Positions 42,441 to 54,224 of a stretch of DNA of 64,000 bases are shown in pieces (positions within the stretch are counted from its first letter, which is position 1; the number at the start of each line of letters is the position of its first letter). The DNA lies in the NCBI GenBank assembly GCA_963693365.1, contig CAVNZM010000001.1:21150125-21214124 (forward strand). The letters are read 5' to 3'. The notes under the pieces are model-generated. The model had not been told where the DNA came from and did no database searches. It saw only the letters and a list, made by a program, of their open reading frames with translations. The DNA is from Amoebidium appalachense (Eukaryota > Protista > Ichthyosporea). Made by a program: the position numbers and the translations under genes.

Positions 42441-42806
42441 CCCCCCCCCATCAACACGCACAACCCCCCCTCCCCCGCTCCCCCCCACACACTCGCCACC
42501 GTTTCTTCTGCGGACAAAACGAATGTGTAGGCGGGTATGAGGTGTACACGAGTGCGCACCAGATGATTCATGGGTGCTGTGTGTGTGCGCACATACCGAG
42601 CATGTGATGAATGGGTCTGGCGATATGTTCATACAGCATATGTGGCGCATGGGTGTGGCATGGTGCACAGGCATACCGAATATGTGGTACATGGGCTTGA
42701 CCCTCTGCGTGACTGTCCTCAGCAGATCCACACAGCCGCTGCGTGCCCCCGTGTATAGCAAATCCCCCATCCCCACAGGTGGCCCTGCCCTGCCCGTCAG
42801 ACACGT

Positions 42807-42887
<81 letters not shown>

Positions 42888-43716
42888 TCTGTGAACACTG
42901 TGTATGCAGGCCTTGCTAGGGTGTTCGCATGCACGTTCAGGGGAAGAAGAATGGGCACGAGGCGTATGCATCATGTGTGGGTGGTGCACCGTGTGACCAG
43001 TGAGTGGGGTGGGTGGGTGAGTGGGTGAGTGAGCGAGTGTGTGTGTGGATGGGTGAGGGAACGTGTAGGTGACTGCATGCAAGTGGCTGAGTGGGTATAT
43101 TTGGGCATGTCAGTGTGTTATGTGTGGGAATTAACATCAGGGGGCCATAAGTCCAGTGCTCGGGCTTGCTTTAGGGATTCTCGAAAAGCGAGGGGGGAGG
43201 GGGGGGCATCCACACACAGTATGTTTCAAACCCAACTCCGCTACAGTTTTATTGAAGAAGGGTCTTGATCACAAACTGACACGGTTAGTTGCGTGTGGGC
43301 ATGCAGCAGGGGGGGATATAATGTGATAATGCAGCAGGGGGGGATATAATGTGAAAAGGCAGCAGGGGGGGATATAATGTGAAAGTGCAGCAGGGGGGGA
43401 TATAATGTGAAAATGCAGCAGGGGGGGATATAATGTGATAAGCAGGGGGGGATATCATGTGATAAGGCAGCAGGGGGGGATATAATGTGAAACTGCGGCA
43501 GGGGGGAATACACACCGTGGCTGATGAGGATGTCCGTGTCCGTAGGTATGAGCTCCCACTGCACAACAAAACAACATATGGTCAGTAGATGCACCCCCCC
43601 TCCCCTTCCCCCCATTCCCCCAGAAAACACCCAATCAGCCTTCTCTGGTGAGCCCCCCCCCCCCCCCCCTCCCCCCACAACCCGCGCCCCCCAAACACAC
43701 ACACAAACACACAAAC

Positions 43717-43792
<76 letters not shown>

Positions 43793-44176
43793 CCAACCTT
43801 TGACCCTCCCCTCCCCTCCCATCTTCCACATCTTTTCTTTCTTTCCACACCCATGGCACACGTGCCATGCCCCATCAACACCCAGCAACCAAACACAAGT
43901 GCCTCCTTTGCTGCACAACAGAGAAAGAGGGGGAGGGGTTGGTGGTGGGTGGGTGGGTGGGTGGGGGGAGGGCGGAGGGGGGGGGAGGGGGGGGGGGGGG
44001 AAGGAAGGGGTGTGTTACAAGCAGAACATGGTACAAAGTACAACTACACGACGAGAAACACTGTGCGGGACACATGCAAAAGTAAACAATTAAGTCAACG
44101 TCAGCAACAGATTTAGCATGCAACACAAGCAGAATCCATCGTCAAGGGGGCCCAAGCAGGGGGGAGGGGGGGGGGG

Positions 44177-44207
<31 letters not shown>

Positions 44208-44304
44208 TTGAGGGGGGGGGGGGGGGGGGGAAAGAAGGAGGGAAGGAGGAGAGAGGGGTGCGAGGAAAAGGGGGAGAGAGAAAGAGAGAAATAGTGTGTG
44301 TGTG

Positions 44305-44385
<81 letters not shown>

Positions 44386-44812
44386 GGCACGTGATAGGTT
44401 GGAAAAGATAGGCCTGGTGATTTTGATGTTGCATGGTGGAGGTGAAATAGTAAAGACGGAAAGCAGGGGAGAACAGACAGCTCACACAGAATCAAGCAAG
44501 CCCCTGCAAAGACTACCGAGAATATTGACCAGAGCCTGTATCAGGAAATCCTCAGGCAACAGGAGGAGAGGGAGGATGGAGGGTAAAGGGGAAGGGGGGA
44601 AGGCGGGGGTGGGGTAGACTGCGTTACAGAATATCAAGAACACATGCACAACGGAAAAATTTAACAATGTGTGTGTGGAAGGGTGCGCCGGGGGGGGGGG
44701 GGGGGGGGGGGGGGGATCACCTTTTCTCGTAATCGCTTGCCCCTCGGCAGGTTGAATGCCCACTTGCCAAAGGCAGGCTGGGGGGTGGTGTGTCAGGTGG
44801 TCACAAGCGTAC

Positions 44813-44899
<87 letters not shown>

Positions 44900-46016
44900 G
44901 GGGTGTGTGTGGGTGTGGGTGTGTGTGTGTGTGTGTGTGTGTGGGTGTGTGTGTGTGTGTGTTGAGCATAGTGGCAATCCGGACTCGGCAATCTAATTGG
45001 TGGAATGTTTTTAACACTAATGCCGGCATTGATTTAGTTTTTATTCCTATTTGCAGATCAGCAATTTGAATCGGCACTATGCATTTTCATTGGTGGGACA
45101 GTTTGGGACTTTGTTTTGATTGGTGGGACACTCAACGACAAGATTGGTGGCACCCATGGTCGAAAGCCGGGATTGAGAAAAAAACTAACCATATATGGCT
45201 CTATACCTTCCAAAAAGGATGGTTTTATGGTTCTGAATTCTCAGTGATTGGGTGCAGCCTTCCATGCTGTGTGTGTGTGTGTGTTTGTGCGTGCACGTAA
45301 CGCGTGTGTGAGTGAGTGAGTGAGTGAGTAAGTGAGAGAGAGAGTGTGTGTGTCTGTGTGTCTGTGGGTGTGACTGATTGAGTGGGTAAGTGAGTGTGCG
45401 AGTGAGTGTGTGTGTGTGTGTGTGTGTGTGAGTGTGAGTGTATGTAGTGAGTCTGTGCGCGCGTGTGTATGTGTATGTGTGCGTGAGTGAATGAGTGAAT
45501 GAGTGAGTGAATGAGCGATTGAGTGGGTGATTGAGAGTGTCTGTGCATGTGCACCTAGGCATTGCTGCCAGTGTATGTGCACATGATGGAGTGAAGCAGC
45601 ATCACCTGCCCCTGTGCCCCCCCTCCCCCCTCCCCCCCCCCCCCTCCCCACAAACACACCCCCCCTCACACCCCACGAAACCGCCCCCCCCCCCCCCCTC
45701 CCCGGCCCACACCACCTACCTGCCAGGGTGTGCCCCAGAACGTGTACCCGCCTATGACCACCCCACTGTCCTCCAGATATGTGCAGTGGGTGAGCAGCTT
45801 GCGCACCTTGCTGTAGTCCTGCATGCGCTGGGGGGGGGGGGGGGGGGGGGGGAGTGAGGGCCAGCACCCCAAAACACTGCCTCTCAACCCCCCCCCCCCC
45901 CCCCCACAACCCTCTCTTTTCCTTTCCCTCGCTTAGTCACTAGAGGTGGCACAGGCTGAGTAAACTCAAAAGTCATAATAGCAAACCACATACCAACCCT
46001 CCCCCCTCCAGGGCAA

Positions 46017-46047
<31 letters not shown>

Positions 46048-46158
46048 TCCCACCTGCATGCGCTGGCTGGGGGTTTCACATAACCCGCCCCCCCCCCCCC
46101 CCCCCCCCCCACCCTCCCCCTTCCCCCCATTTGGTTGGTTGGCTTGTTCATTCGTTGG

Positions 46159-46237
<79 letters not shown>

Positions 46238-46839
46238 GGGGGGGGGGGGGGGGGGGGGGGGGGATGTTGATGCCAATCGACTTATTCTTATGGCCAAAGG
46301 GCAGGGTTAGTGCCTGCCCGGAATAACCTCCCCCCCCCCCCCGTCACAACCCCTCATGTCGAGATCAAACCATGAGAGCAGCTTGAAGTTTTTTTTTGTG
46401 AATTTGCTTCAATCATGTTCCCGGGGGGGGGGGGGGGGAGGGGGGGGGGGGGGGGGAGGTTAGCTATCAAGGGGTTTGCCCCTCGAATACTTATAGGTGC
46501 AGTTTAGAATGCGGTCAGAATGCACACACATCTGTATGCATAAGTAGGTCCCGTGGAAGGGGCGGCTAAGGAACCAACAGGATTCCACGCCTCCACTAGA
46601 TCAATGCGTGGACCGGGGGAGAAGGGGGGGAGGGGGAGGGGAAGGGGGAGGGGGGTGGGGGGGAGGGGGGAGGAGGAGCAAGGTACCTTGTGATATCTGT
46701 CCCAATTGACGATATAAAATGACGGCTCAAACGTTATGTCGTGGTTGCCTGCTATCACCAGTTTGTGTTTCTGCATTGGACAGGTTGTGTTCAGGATACA
46801 CCACACAGCATATGCTGCAACAACAAATACATAGTTGGA

Positions 46840-46874
<35 letters not shown>

Positions 46875-47686
46875 TGAATGCGTCAAAAAGTACGAAGTAC
46901 ACAAGAACAAACGGATAACACGATGCAGAATGCAAGCCATACATAAAGAGTATGCATAATAAGCAGAGCCCATCCTCAGGGGGGGCCCACGTCATCCACA
47001 GTACCCGAGTTTCGACCTATTCCCCTCGTTAACGAAACCCAACTCAGATACTGTTTCACTTGAACATGAGTAGGTCACCCGTCTTGATGAGAGACGAGCA
47101 GGGTTGCTTATGCAGGCAAGGGCAGTGGGAAAGGCCGGGGGTTAAAGTTGCAGCAGTAAGCAGAAGCAAGAAAAATATAGATAGGAACTCAGGAGACGGG
47201 GCTTCTAGGAAGCTCCCCCGTCGATACCTAAGTCGATACTTCCCTGGCTAACATACTACACCAGCTGAAAAGAATTAAGTCCCGAAGGCCACAGAATTCG
47301 TAATCAGAGGGGAAAATATGAGATTTGACCCACGCCGCAGGGTAGTAACACGCTTACTAGGGCGGAACTTTATCGTCTTCGAACGGAAAGCTATGCCCCC
47401 GGATGTCAGCCGGAAATATGGTATCACCCATTGCTTTGGGCTTGAAAAAAGCCAAACCGATAGTCCGAGTTATGTTACGCCGGCGGGTAACATGCCGCAT
47501 GGGTTCCAAGGGAGCTGTCGCCAACAGAGCGGTGTGTGCATGCGTGCGCGTAACGCAATGTGTGAAGTGTGTCTATAGCTATGAAAGGGGGTATGCAGAA
47601 GTGGACAGATGAAGTGTGTGGAGAGAAAAACAGTAAGAAGGGTGATGGTGTTGGTGATAGTGGTTGCCCAACGTTTTTTTTTTTTT

Positions 47687-47726
<40 letters not shown>

Positions 47727-48388
47727 GGGTGATATCTTTGTCTCCCCACACTCGTGTCTCTTTTCAACATGAGGATGCAGGGTGGGGTGGTGGTGGTCAC
47801 TGAGCTGTGAAGTCCATAAAATACCGAAATGCCTACGCAATTATTAACTTGCTTGAATCAGGTCGGAACAATTCCAGTTGTTTTCTGAGTTGCCCCTCCG
47901 TGAGTGGGTAGGTGGGTGGTGGTAGTGGTGGTGGTAGGGCAGGGAAGGAGGGGGGGGGGGGGGGGTTGGAGAGGGGGGTAGGGGGGGGGAGGGGGGGGGG
48001 TTTGAATGCGTCAAAAAGTACGAAGTACACAAGAACAAACGGATAACACGATGCAGAATGCAAGCCATACATAAAGAGTATGCATAATAAGCAGAGCCCA
48101 TCCTCAGGGGGGGCCCACGTCATCCACAGTACCCGAGTTTCGACCTATTCACCTCGTTAACGAAACCCAACTCAGATACTGTTTCACTTGAACATGGGGG
48201 GGGGGAAACAAAAATGATTGGAGTCACAGCATCACTGCAGGGAGGTATGCCCCCATCATGACAGGAGACCATCAAACACAAAACTGGGTGGCAGCAGTGG
48301 GAGGGTGAGGAGCAGATGGGGGGGATGGGGAGGAAGGGGGGGGGGGGGGGGGGGGGGGGGGGGAAGTGCGGAGAGAGGAGGTGTGTGT

Positions 48389-48434
<46 letters not shown>

Positions 48435-49077
48435 GGGGGCTGAAGCAAAAGGGCGAAGAGGGTGAAAAAGAAGGGGGGGCCCAGGGAGGAGAAGGAGGGA
48501 ATGGGGCAGGAACGGGAACGAGAAGACGTGTGGGTGGGAGGTTGGGGGGCGGGATGGGGGGGAAGGGAAGGGGTGAGGGGGCATATGAGAGGGTAAGGAA
48601 GTGCCTGGGCCTTTGACACGTGCAACAATTATAGAAGGGAGTGCTGCGGTTGAGGAACAGCACAGTGGGTAAGCCGGCACTGCAGCAGCAACAGATAAGG
48701 AGAGCTCAAAGCAGTTGCCGGCATGCATAGATTGGTAGCGGGCAGGGGAACAAGCAACCAGGGGGGAGGGAGGGAGGCTGAAGGGGGTGTCATACGTGTG
48801 TCTGTTGCTGCAGCCAGCTGTCGAACTTGGCCACGTCTGTGGGCATACCTGTGTTTGTGAAGTCCCCCGCGTGGATAAGCACGTCCCCGTGCGGCACCAC
48901 CAGGTTGTCGCCAAAGCCGTGCGTGTCCGACACACACACCACCCGCAGGGTCCCTGCCTGCTGCGGCCCGGGGGGTTCCACCTGCAGCTCCCTGACCTCG
49001 ACCCTGCGCGCATGGTGGCTGTCCCAGGCCTCGTCAGGCTGCAGGGACAGCTCGTCCAGGTACGTGTCCAGCTGCAT
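41192..49077 (-). CDS. MPPED: Metallophosphoesterase domain protein, MPPED1/2-like (8 exons)
   Basis: Exons 48796-49077, 46687-46770, 45720-45827, 44721-44777, 43516-43558, 42677-42784, 41985-41999 and 41192-41410. All calcineurin-like motifs are present: [55 protein letters not shown] and NAS. Confidence 0.92.
41480..41770. repeat. 30-bp tandem repeat GAACCAACCAAATCAGTGTTCCATAAAAGG, ~9 copies, intronic
   Basis: Contiguous units with no unique spacers. Confidence 0.92.
43300..43510. repeat. ~25-bp tandem repeat GCAGCAGGGGGGGATATAATGTGAAA, ~8 copies, adjacent to a donor site
   Basis: Direct reading. Confidence 0.9.
44015..44158 (-). mobile_element. Diverged copy (subfamily C) of the poly-G/C-associated retroposon 3' end
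   Basis: Aligns with 61178-61330 (GTACAAAGTAC...TACACGACGAGAAACACTGTGCGGGACACATGCAAA...AAGCAGAATCCATCGTCAAGGGGGCCCAAG). G-rich on both sides. Confidence 0.65.
46873..47670 (-). mobile_element. Longest copy (subfamily A) of the poly-G/C-associated retroposon-like element, in an MPPED intron
   Basis: The first ~195 bp are nearly identical to 48001-48195 and begin directly after a poly-G tract. The far boundary is uncertain and no ORF was recognised. Confidence 0.65.
48001..48195 (-). mobile_element. 195-bp truncated copy (subfamily A) embedded in poly-G
   Basis: Near-identical to 46873-47067 (one mismatch seen). Flanked by G-runs on both sides. Confidence 0.75.
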
Positions 49078-49081
49078 GGTG

Positions 49082-49112
<31 letters not shown>

Positions 49113-49462
49113 AGCACGTGGGGGGGAGTGCGTGCGTTTGTTCGATTCCGACTTAGCGGGTTGCAAAATGAACTATGCTGCCGAGCGCTCCAACTGTATT
49201 ACTGCCGATTGTGTCGTGGCCAAAATGCCCACAGTTGGGTAGGTATAGGTGTAAGTGAAGGTGAGCGTGAGAGTGGGTGACCATGTGTGTGTATGAGCAT
49301 GCATGAGCGAGAGCACGCGCGTGTGTGCCTGTGTGTGCGTGCGTGCGTGCGCGTGTGTGCGTGTGTGCGTGTGTGTGTGTCAGTAGGTGGGTCGGTATGA
49401 GTGTGCGCGCTCTCGTCTGCGCGTGTCTGTCTCTCTCTCTGTGTGTGTGTTTTGTGTGTGTA

Positions 49463-49518
<56 letters not shown>

Positions 49519-50314
49519 CGTTGTGTGTGTGCAGGATGCTTGTGTGTGCCAACTAGTCTGCGCTTGCAGTGTGCCTGTTTCGCTGAGCGAGAATGGTCAA
49601 GATCTTGTGGGTGCATCTGTATGAGCCAGACCAGGCTATAGGCTGTGTCTAGTGTCTGCACTATTTTCCTAGTCTCCGTGTGTGCCACCGTGCCACGGCA
49701 AGAAAGGGCTCATATAGTGTGTCATGAGTTGACGCAGGGGCCGTGGTCATTGAAAGCCGCTGTGTGTGTGACCACCGACAACCAACACAGCTGAGGCCTA
49801 GGGAGGCCGCAACGTTATTTACAATGGCCGGTTGCCACACAGTAGGCGTGTATACCTATCCGGTAACCGATGGTAGATTCAACACATTGCCACGGCTATC
49901 CAAGTGCAAGGCAAAGATTTAATACTTTCTTCATGTACGCTCTATGGCACAATCCTTCTTTTGTACTGTGCAAATCGGAAAACAAAAATAAAGAAACGGG
50001 GGCGTTTTGAATATTACAACTAAATAGCGTATGCAATATGTGAGACGGAGCATGATGCTCTAGGCATGTCAACATGGTTTCTGGACAGGTAGTGTAAAGA
50101 TAACCTGGAATTTGAGATTACGCAACTGTGGCTCAGCGTTTTTGGTCATCAATTGAATGTTGACGGTCCCGGGCTCGGAGGCCCTCCCCCCAAACCTCCC
50201 CCTAAAGTCTGCCCCTCCAGGCTGAAGACCAGGACGGTGAAATAGCTCTGGTAACTTTTAGGAATTCTCACACCTTACTGCCTTAGAACAATTTTTGGTG
50301 GTGGGTGGGTGGGC

Positions 50315-50385
<71 letters not shown>

Positions 50386-51555
50386 GTGTGTGATGTGTAC
50401 ATGTGTGTGCGTTGGAGGGCGAGAGGGAGAGGGGAGGTCCGGAGGTGGGAGGTGAGGATCATTCCGGACGAATTCGTCACTGTGGCTGCCCTGGCTGCAC
50501 ATCACGAGTACTTGTCCTGTTGTAGGCGTCAAAAGGCGGAACTTCGCCATCCCAGGTCTCGAGTTTACATAACTGTGTCCGATTGGCAGGCTACATCACA
50601 ACCTCGGACCCAGTTCTCCCTCCTGCCCCTGGGTATCACGGGGCCATCAATGGGCGTGGCCTACTTGTTGCACACTCGTTCTAATACATGCCCCACAACT
50701 GGCAAAGATCTCTTCTCGCCACGACTCAACCCCCTTACCCCTTTTCCCAACGGGCCAGTGCCCAAGCATGCGCATGTTTATGTCGGCTACTCCAGAGAAC
50801 TAAAGAAGTTACCCACACCCACCTGTACACAAACACGCTGCACGCGCATACACGGGCCGCTTTTGTGTGGCTTGCACCAACCAGTATGATACATGTATAC
50901 CGTAGTACTTTAGTGTGTTCAGTTGACACCAGGGCGTAGGACAGCAAGCCTTATATACAGCCTGAGGTAGTTGCCGACGGGCACTGGGGCTCGTGCACCA
51001 CACAGTTTAAGTACTAGTGCTACCTGGCTGTGTCTCTGTAGGGCCTTTGTGTGTGTGTGTGAACTCTAGCAACGGAGTATATGTGCTTGGATGTCCGGCA
51101 TGTTTGCGAGTGTCCGTGCTTTCGGTGTCTGAACCGTTGACCCGATGTGCGGAAGGGTTCGGACAGGCGGACGCCTTTCAGTTGCAGATTGACAAGTAAA
51201 GTAGTTTGGGCAGGCCATCAACATATATTGCCGTTATGACCACCGGTACATAGAAGCCAGCAGAAGGTGTGCGCGTCGGGCTGCTGCTGACTCTGCTGCT
51301 TGTGTGTGCGTGCAGGTGTGCACGTGCGTGTCTGCAGGAGATACATAGCACTAACCACACCTCCCAGCAGTCAGTGTGCCTGTCTCGGCGTGCCTCGCGT
51401 GAGCGGGGGCGGAGACTGAGCCTTGTTGTGGCCACGGGCCAGCACCAGATTAGCGCCAGAGGTTCTATTGGGAGTTTATAATATTAAATTTCCCTAAACC
51501 CCTATTTTTTTGTAGCTGCTTTACTACAGGCAAAACTTTTTTTCGAAAAAAGCTA

Positions 51556-52866
51556 TCATTGTTCTTTGTTCCTTAACCGAAGATGTCATGCACCAGATGC
51601 TTCGTCAGGTGGCTTCGTCAGGTGGATCAATGGTGTACCGAGAATCTCATGACAGTCGGAATTGTAAAGTGTGCTACTTTTCGGAAAAACGCTTCCTTTC
51701 GATTGGCCGGTCTTCCTATTCTGTTCAGAGCACCTATGACTATTTGGGTATTCCTTTTACTGCACGGGGTATTGATTTCCGCAAGCTCCTCACGGCACGG
51801 ATCGCTCGTGTGAAGGGTAAGCTTCACATCGTGTCAAATATGTTTCAACGGGAGTCTGTGATCCATCCTGCGAACCTTCTTCTCTACTATAAAACTTTCT
51901 TACGGCCGACTTTCGAATATGGACTTCCGCTATTGGCCTGCGCCCCACCTCGGGAGGCGGCCGTGGCACTGAAAGAGTTCGACGATTTTCAGGGTACTGC
52001 GCTGCGCACTTTGTTTCGTACTCGGTTTGTGCCTCCTTTAATCAGTATGTTTGGATTGTCGTCTGCTGTTTGTCGTGTGGAGGAATTGTCTCTTCGTTTT
52101 TGTTTTCATTTAGTTAGGATACCTGATGGTCACCCTCTTTATGCTTTCTTTCCTCCCCCTCCCTCCATCCCTCCTCTTCCCCCCCGATTCACCAACGCTA
52201 CTTCTGAATGTCCTCAGCCTACTCTCTCTCGCTATTTCACTCCCTCTTTCTTTTCTCTTCCTGTTTTTTCTGCCTTTTCGCGTTATTACCATACGCAGTA
52301 TAAGTTTCTTTCTCGTTCTGATAGAGAAATCAAAGGTAAAATTCAGTCGGCATGTGTTATGTTCCTTAGGCAACACCGTACTGATCATTATCGCTTTTTG
52401 GGAGCTTTGGGAGGATATATTTCTCCTGCTGTACGTATGGATATAGGATATATTTCTCCTGCTGTACGTATGGATACCACCCTAGTAGATAAGTCTGTAT
52501 GGTGCTCTGATGTTGATACTGCTTGGGAAGTTGTGCAGTGGCGTTGTAATTTTTGTTTCCTCGCCGCTGGTGCCACTTTTGTGCTGAACTTTTTAATCGC
52601 AAGCATGTTGATAGGTGTGAGTTTTTATGTCGCGTTTTACCCTTTCCCTACGGGTGTCTGCTACAATGGCTGGCAATGTGACCACTTTAGACTTTTTGTT
52701 GAATTCTGTTGGTCGTCACATTGAGTATTTATATGATTTTCACACAGTGTTCAGGTATCTCAGTATGCACTTGTTACTGGATAACACGTGAAGTTTTTAT
52801 TGTCTTCTCAGTATGCCGTGCATACTTGCATATCTTTCCGTCGAATAAATCCAGTCAAAAGAAAAA
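51556..52866 (+). mobile_element. Second 5'-truncated, degenerate copy of the LINE-like element at 13545-15578
   Basis: Near-identical protein (QSTYDYLGIPFTARGIDFRKLL...YYKTFLRPTFEYGLPLL). Same 3' end (GTCGAATAAATCCAGTCAAAAGAAAAAA). Internal micro-duplications at ~51599-51624 and ~52412-52476. Confidence 0.92.
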
Positions 52867-53022
52867 ACCTTTGACGCTTGGGGCTTACACACTTTTTATT
52901 GCGTGGACACATTCGACGGCCTACTGCGTTTTCCAGCACAGCCAATCAAATGCAGCCAGTGACATATGTACATGCTAGGCAACAATGAGCGCCATCGTAG
53001 GATCTGACACCCATATTACATA

Positions 53023-53400
53023 TTATGGGTAAGCAGATGCTAGCATCGGTAGCTCCGAAAGAAAGTTAAGGCACCGGATCACAATATCATACTGTGCAGC
53101 ATTAATAATGTGATCTAGGATAGTCATCTTAAAACGGATATATTGAGGAAGAGAGGAAGAAAAGAGAATAAAACCGCCAATAACCTCCGGTTCTAATACA
53201 TTAGCTAACAGGTTGCATTTATTGATAGATATGCAGCCGTTGACGCTTCGTCCCGAATCGTCCAAGCCATATGGTGGTGTTGGGGGACATTTTAGCGGGG
53301 GCTTTACCCCAATCACCTGCAGGAGAGAACCGGACAAATCTAAACATGCAACTAGCCCCCAATGCAAAATGTGGAAATTCATGCCCGAAAGTTTTTTTTC
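53023..53400 (-). mobile_element. Possible 3' remnant of a different, diverged LINE family
   Basis: The ORF end TILDHIINAAQYDIVIRCLNFL resembles the C-terminus of the neighbouring element (NTLDFLLNS...YDFHTVFRYL). The zinc knuckle is degenerate. Confidence 0.35.
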
Positions 53401-53684
53401 CCAGAGACTCCGAGGTGAACTTCCGGAAGGGAGCTACGTAACCTACGGTTCAATCACCCTGCACTCAACTTGTATGCTGTGTGTACATGCTGCCCGTGTG
53501 CAATTTGTTTTTGCTTTATTTTAAGTGTGTCTCTGGATGTGGCGGTTTTGGCCGTGGAGGGGGACAGAGAGGAGAGGTGGGGTCAATATTTTGTGCTAAG
53601 GCCAGTAATCTGTTGTCACCTTAGGGGGATCCAATGGAACTGCATTCCTGGGTGCGAAGAGCCAATGGTATTGAGCCAACCCTT

Positions 53685-53695
53685 GGGGTTTCCCC
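53685..53695. promoter_or_regulatory. Candidate kB site GGGGTTTCCCC upstream of the IkB-like gene
   Basis: Exact match to GGGRNWYYCC. A weaker GGGGAATCC lies on the minus strand at 54132-54140. Motif match only. Confidence 0.3.
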
Positions 53696-53911
53696 AGGCT
53701 ATGAGATGTCATGATAGTCTTTTTTTGAATAGTTTAAGAAAGGTGCATAAAAATGGCACCTGTAACATGTTTTATTACATAGGTTTTTTCTTCTCTTTTC
53801 TTGCTCTGTCCGCTATCTTGTGATGCTTTATATCACTGCTCATACGCATAATGTTCTGAAGGTTCGGCAAATATATCTCGGATTCTCGAGCTCGATCATG
53901 CCACACGGTGG

Positions 53912-54125
53912 CAGGGTGTGAAATTCATTTTCTGGGCTGGTGCCATTTTTAATAGCACCTTTTCTTCTGCCTGGATGGCCCTAATAGAGCCACCAACGGG
54001 TTTTTGAAGAAAAAAATTCAATAGGTTTGGTTGTGATAGAGCTACTGGTTGAAAAATTGGTGGACCTAACCTCAAAAAGATTCAGGGACATTTCTGTGGC
54101 CATAAACCCCTAATTTCACAGCCTG
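53912..54125. mobile_element. hAT-type MITE (214 bp)
   Basis: 14-bp TIRs CAGGGTGTGAAATT / AATTTCACAGCCTG (1 mismatch). 8-bp TSD CACGGTGG / CAGGGTGG (1 mismatch). Confidence 0.72.
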
Positions 54126-54224
54126 CAGGGTGGATTCCCCGGCTGCGCTCCCGCACATTTGACATTGGCGGCCGTCAAGGGCAGATTGGTAGTTTTCTAG
54201 CACAGCAAGCAAAGCACTCGGTGT

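Noticed and set aside
44966-45082. Small MITE with GCATAGTG…CACTATGC inverted ends
   Set aside because: Short imperfect TIR, no TSD, and no second copy in the window.
50305-50889. 194-aa ORF as an RHD exon or other gene upstream of the IkB-like gene
   Set aside because: Starts in a TG repeat and shows no RxxRFRYxCE or other recognisable motif.
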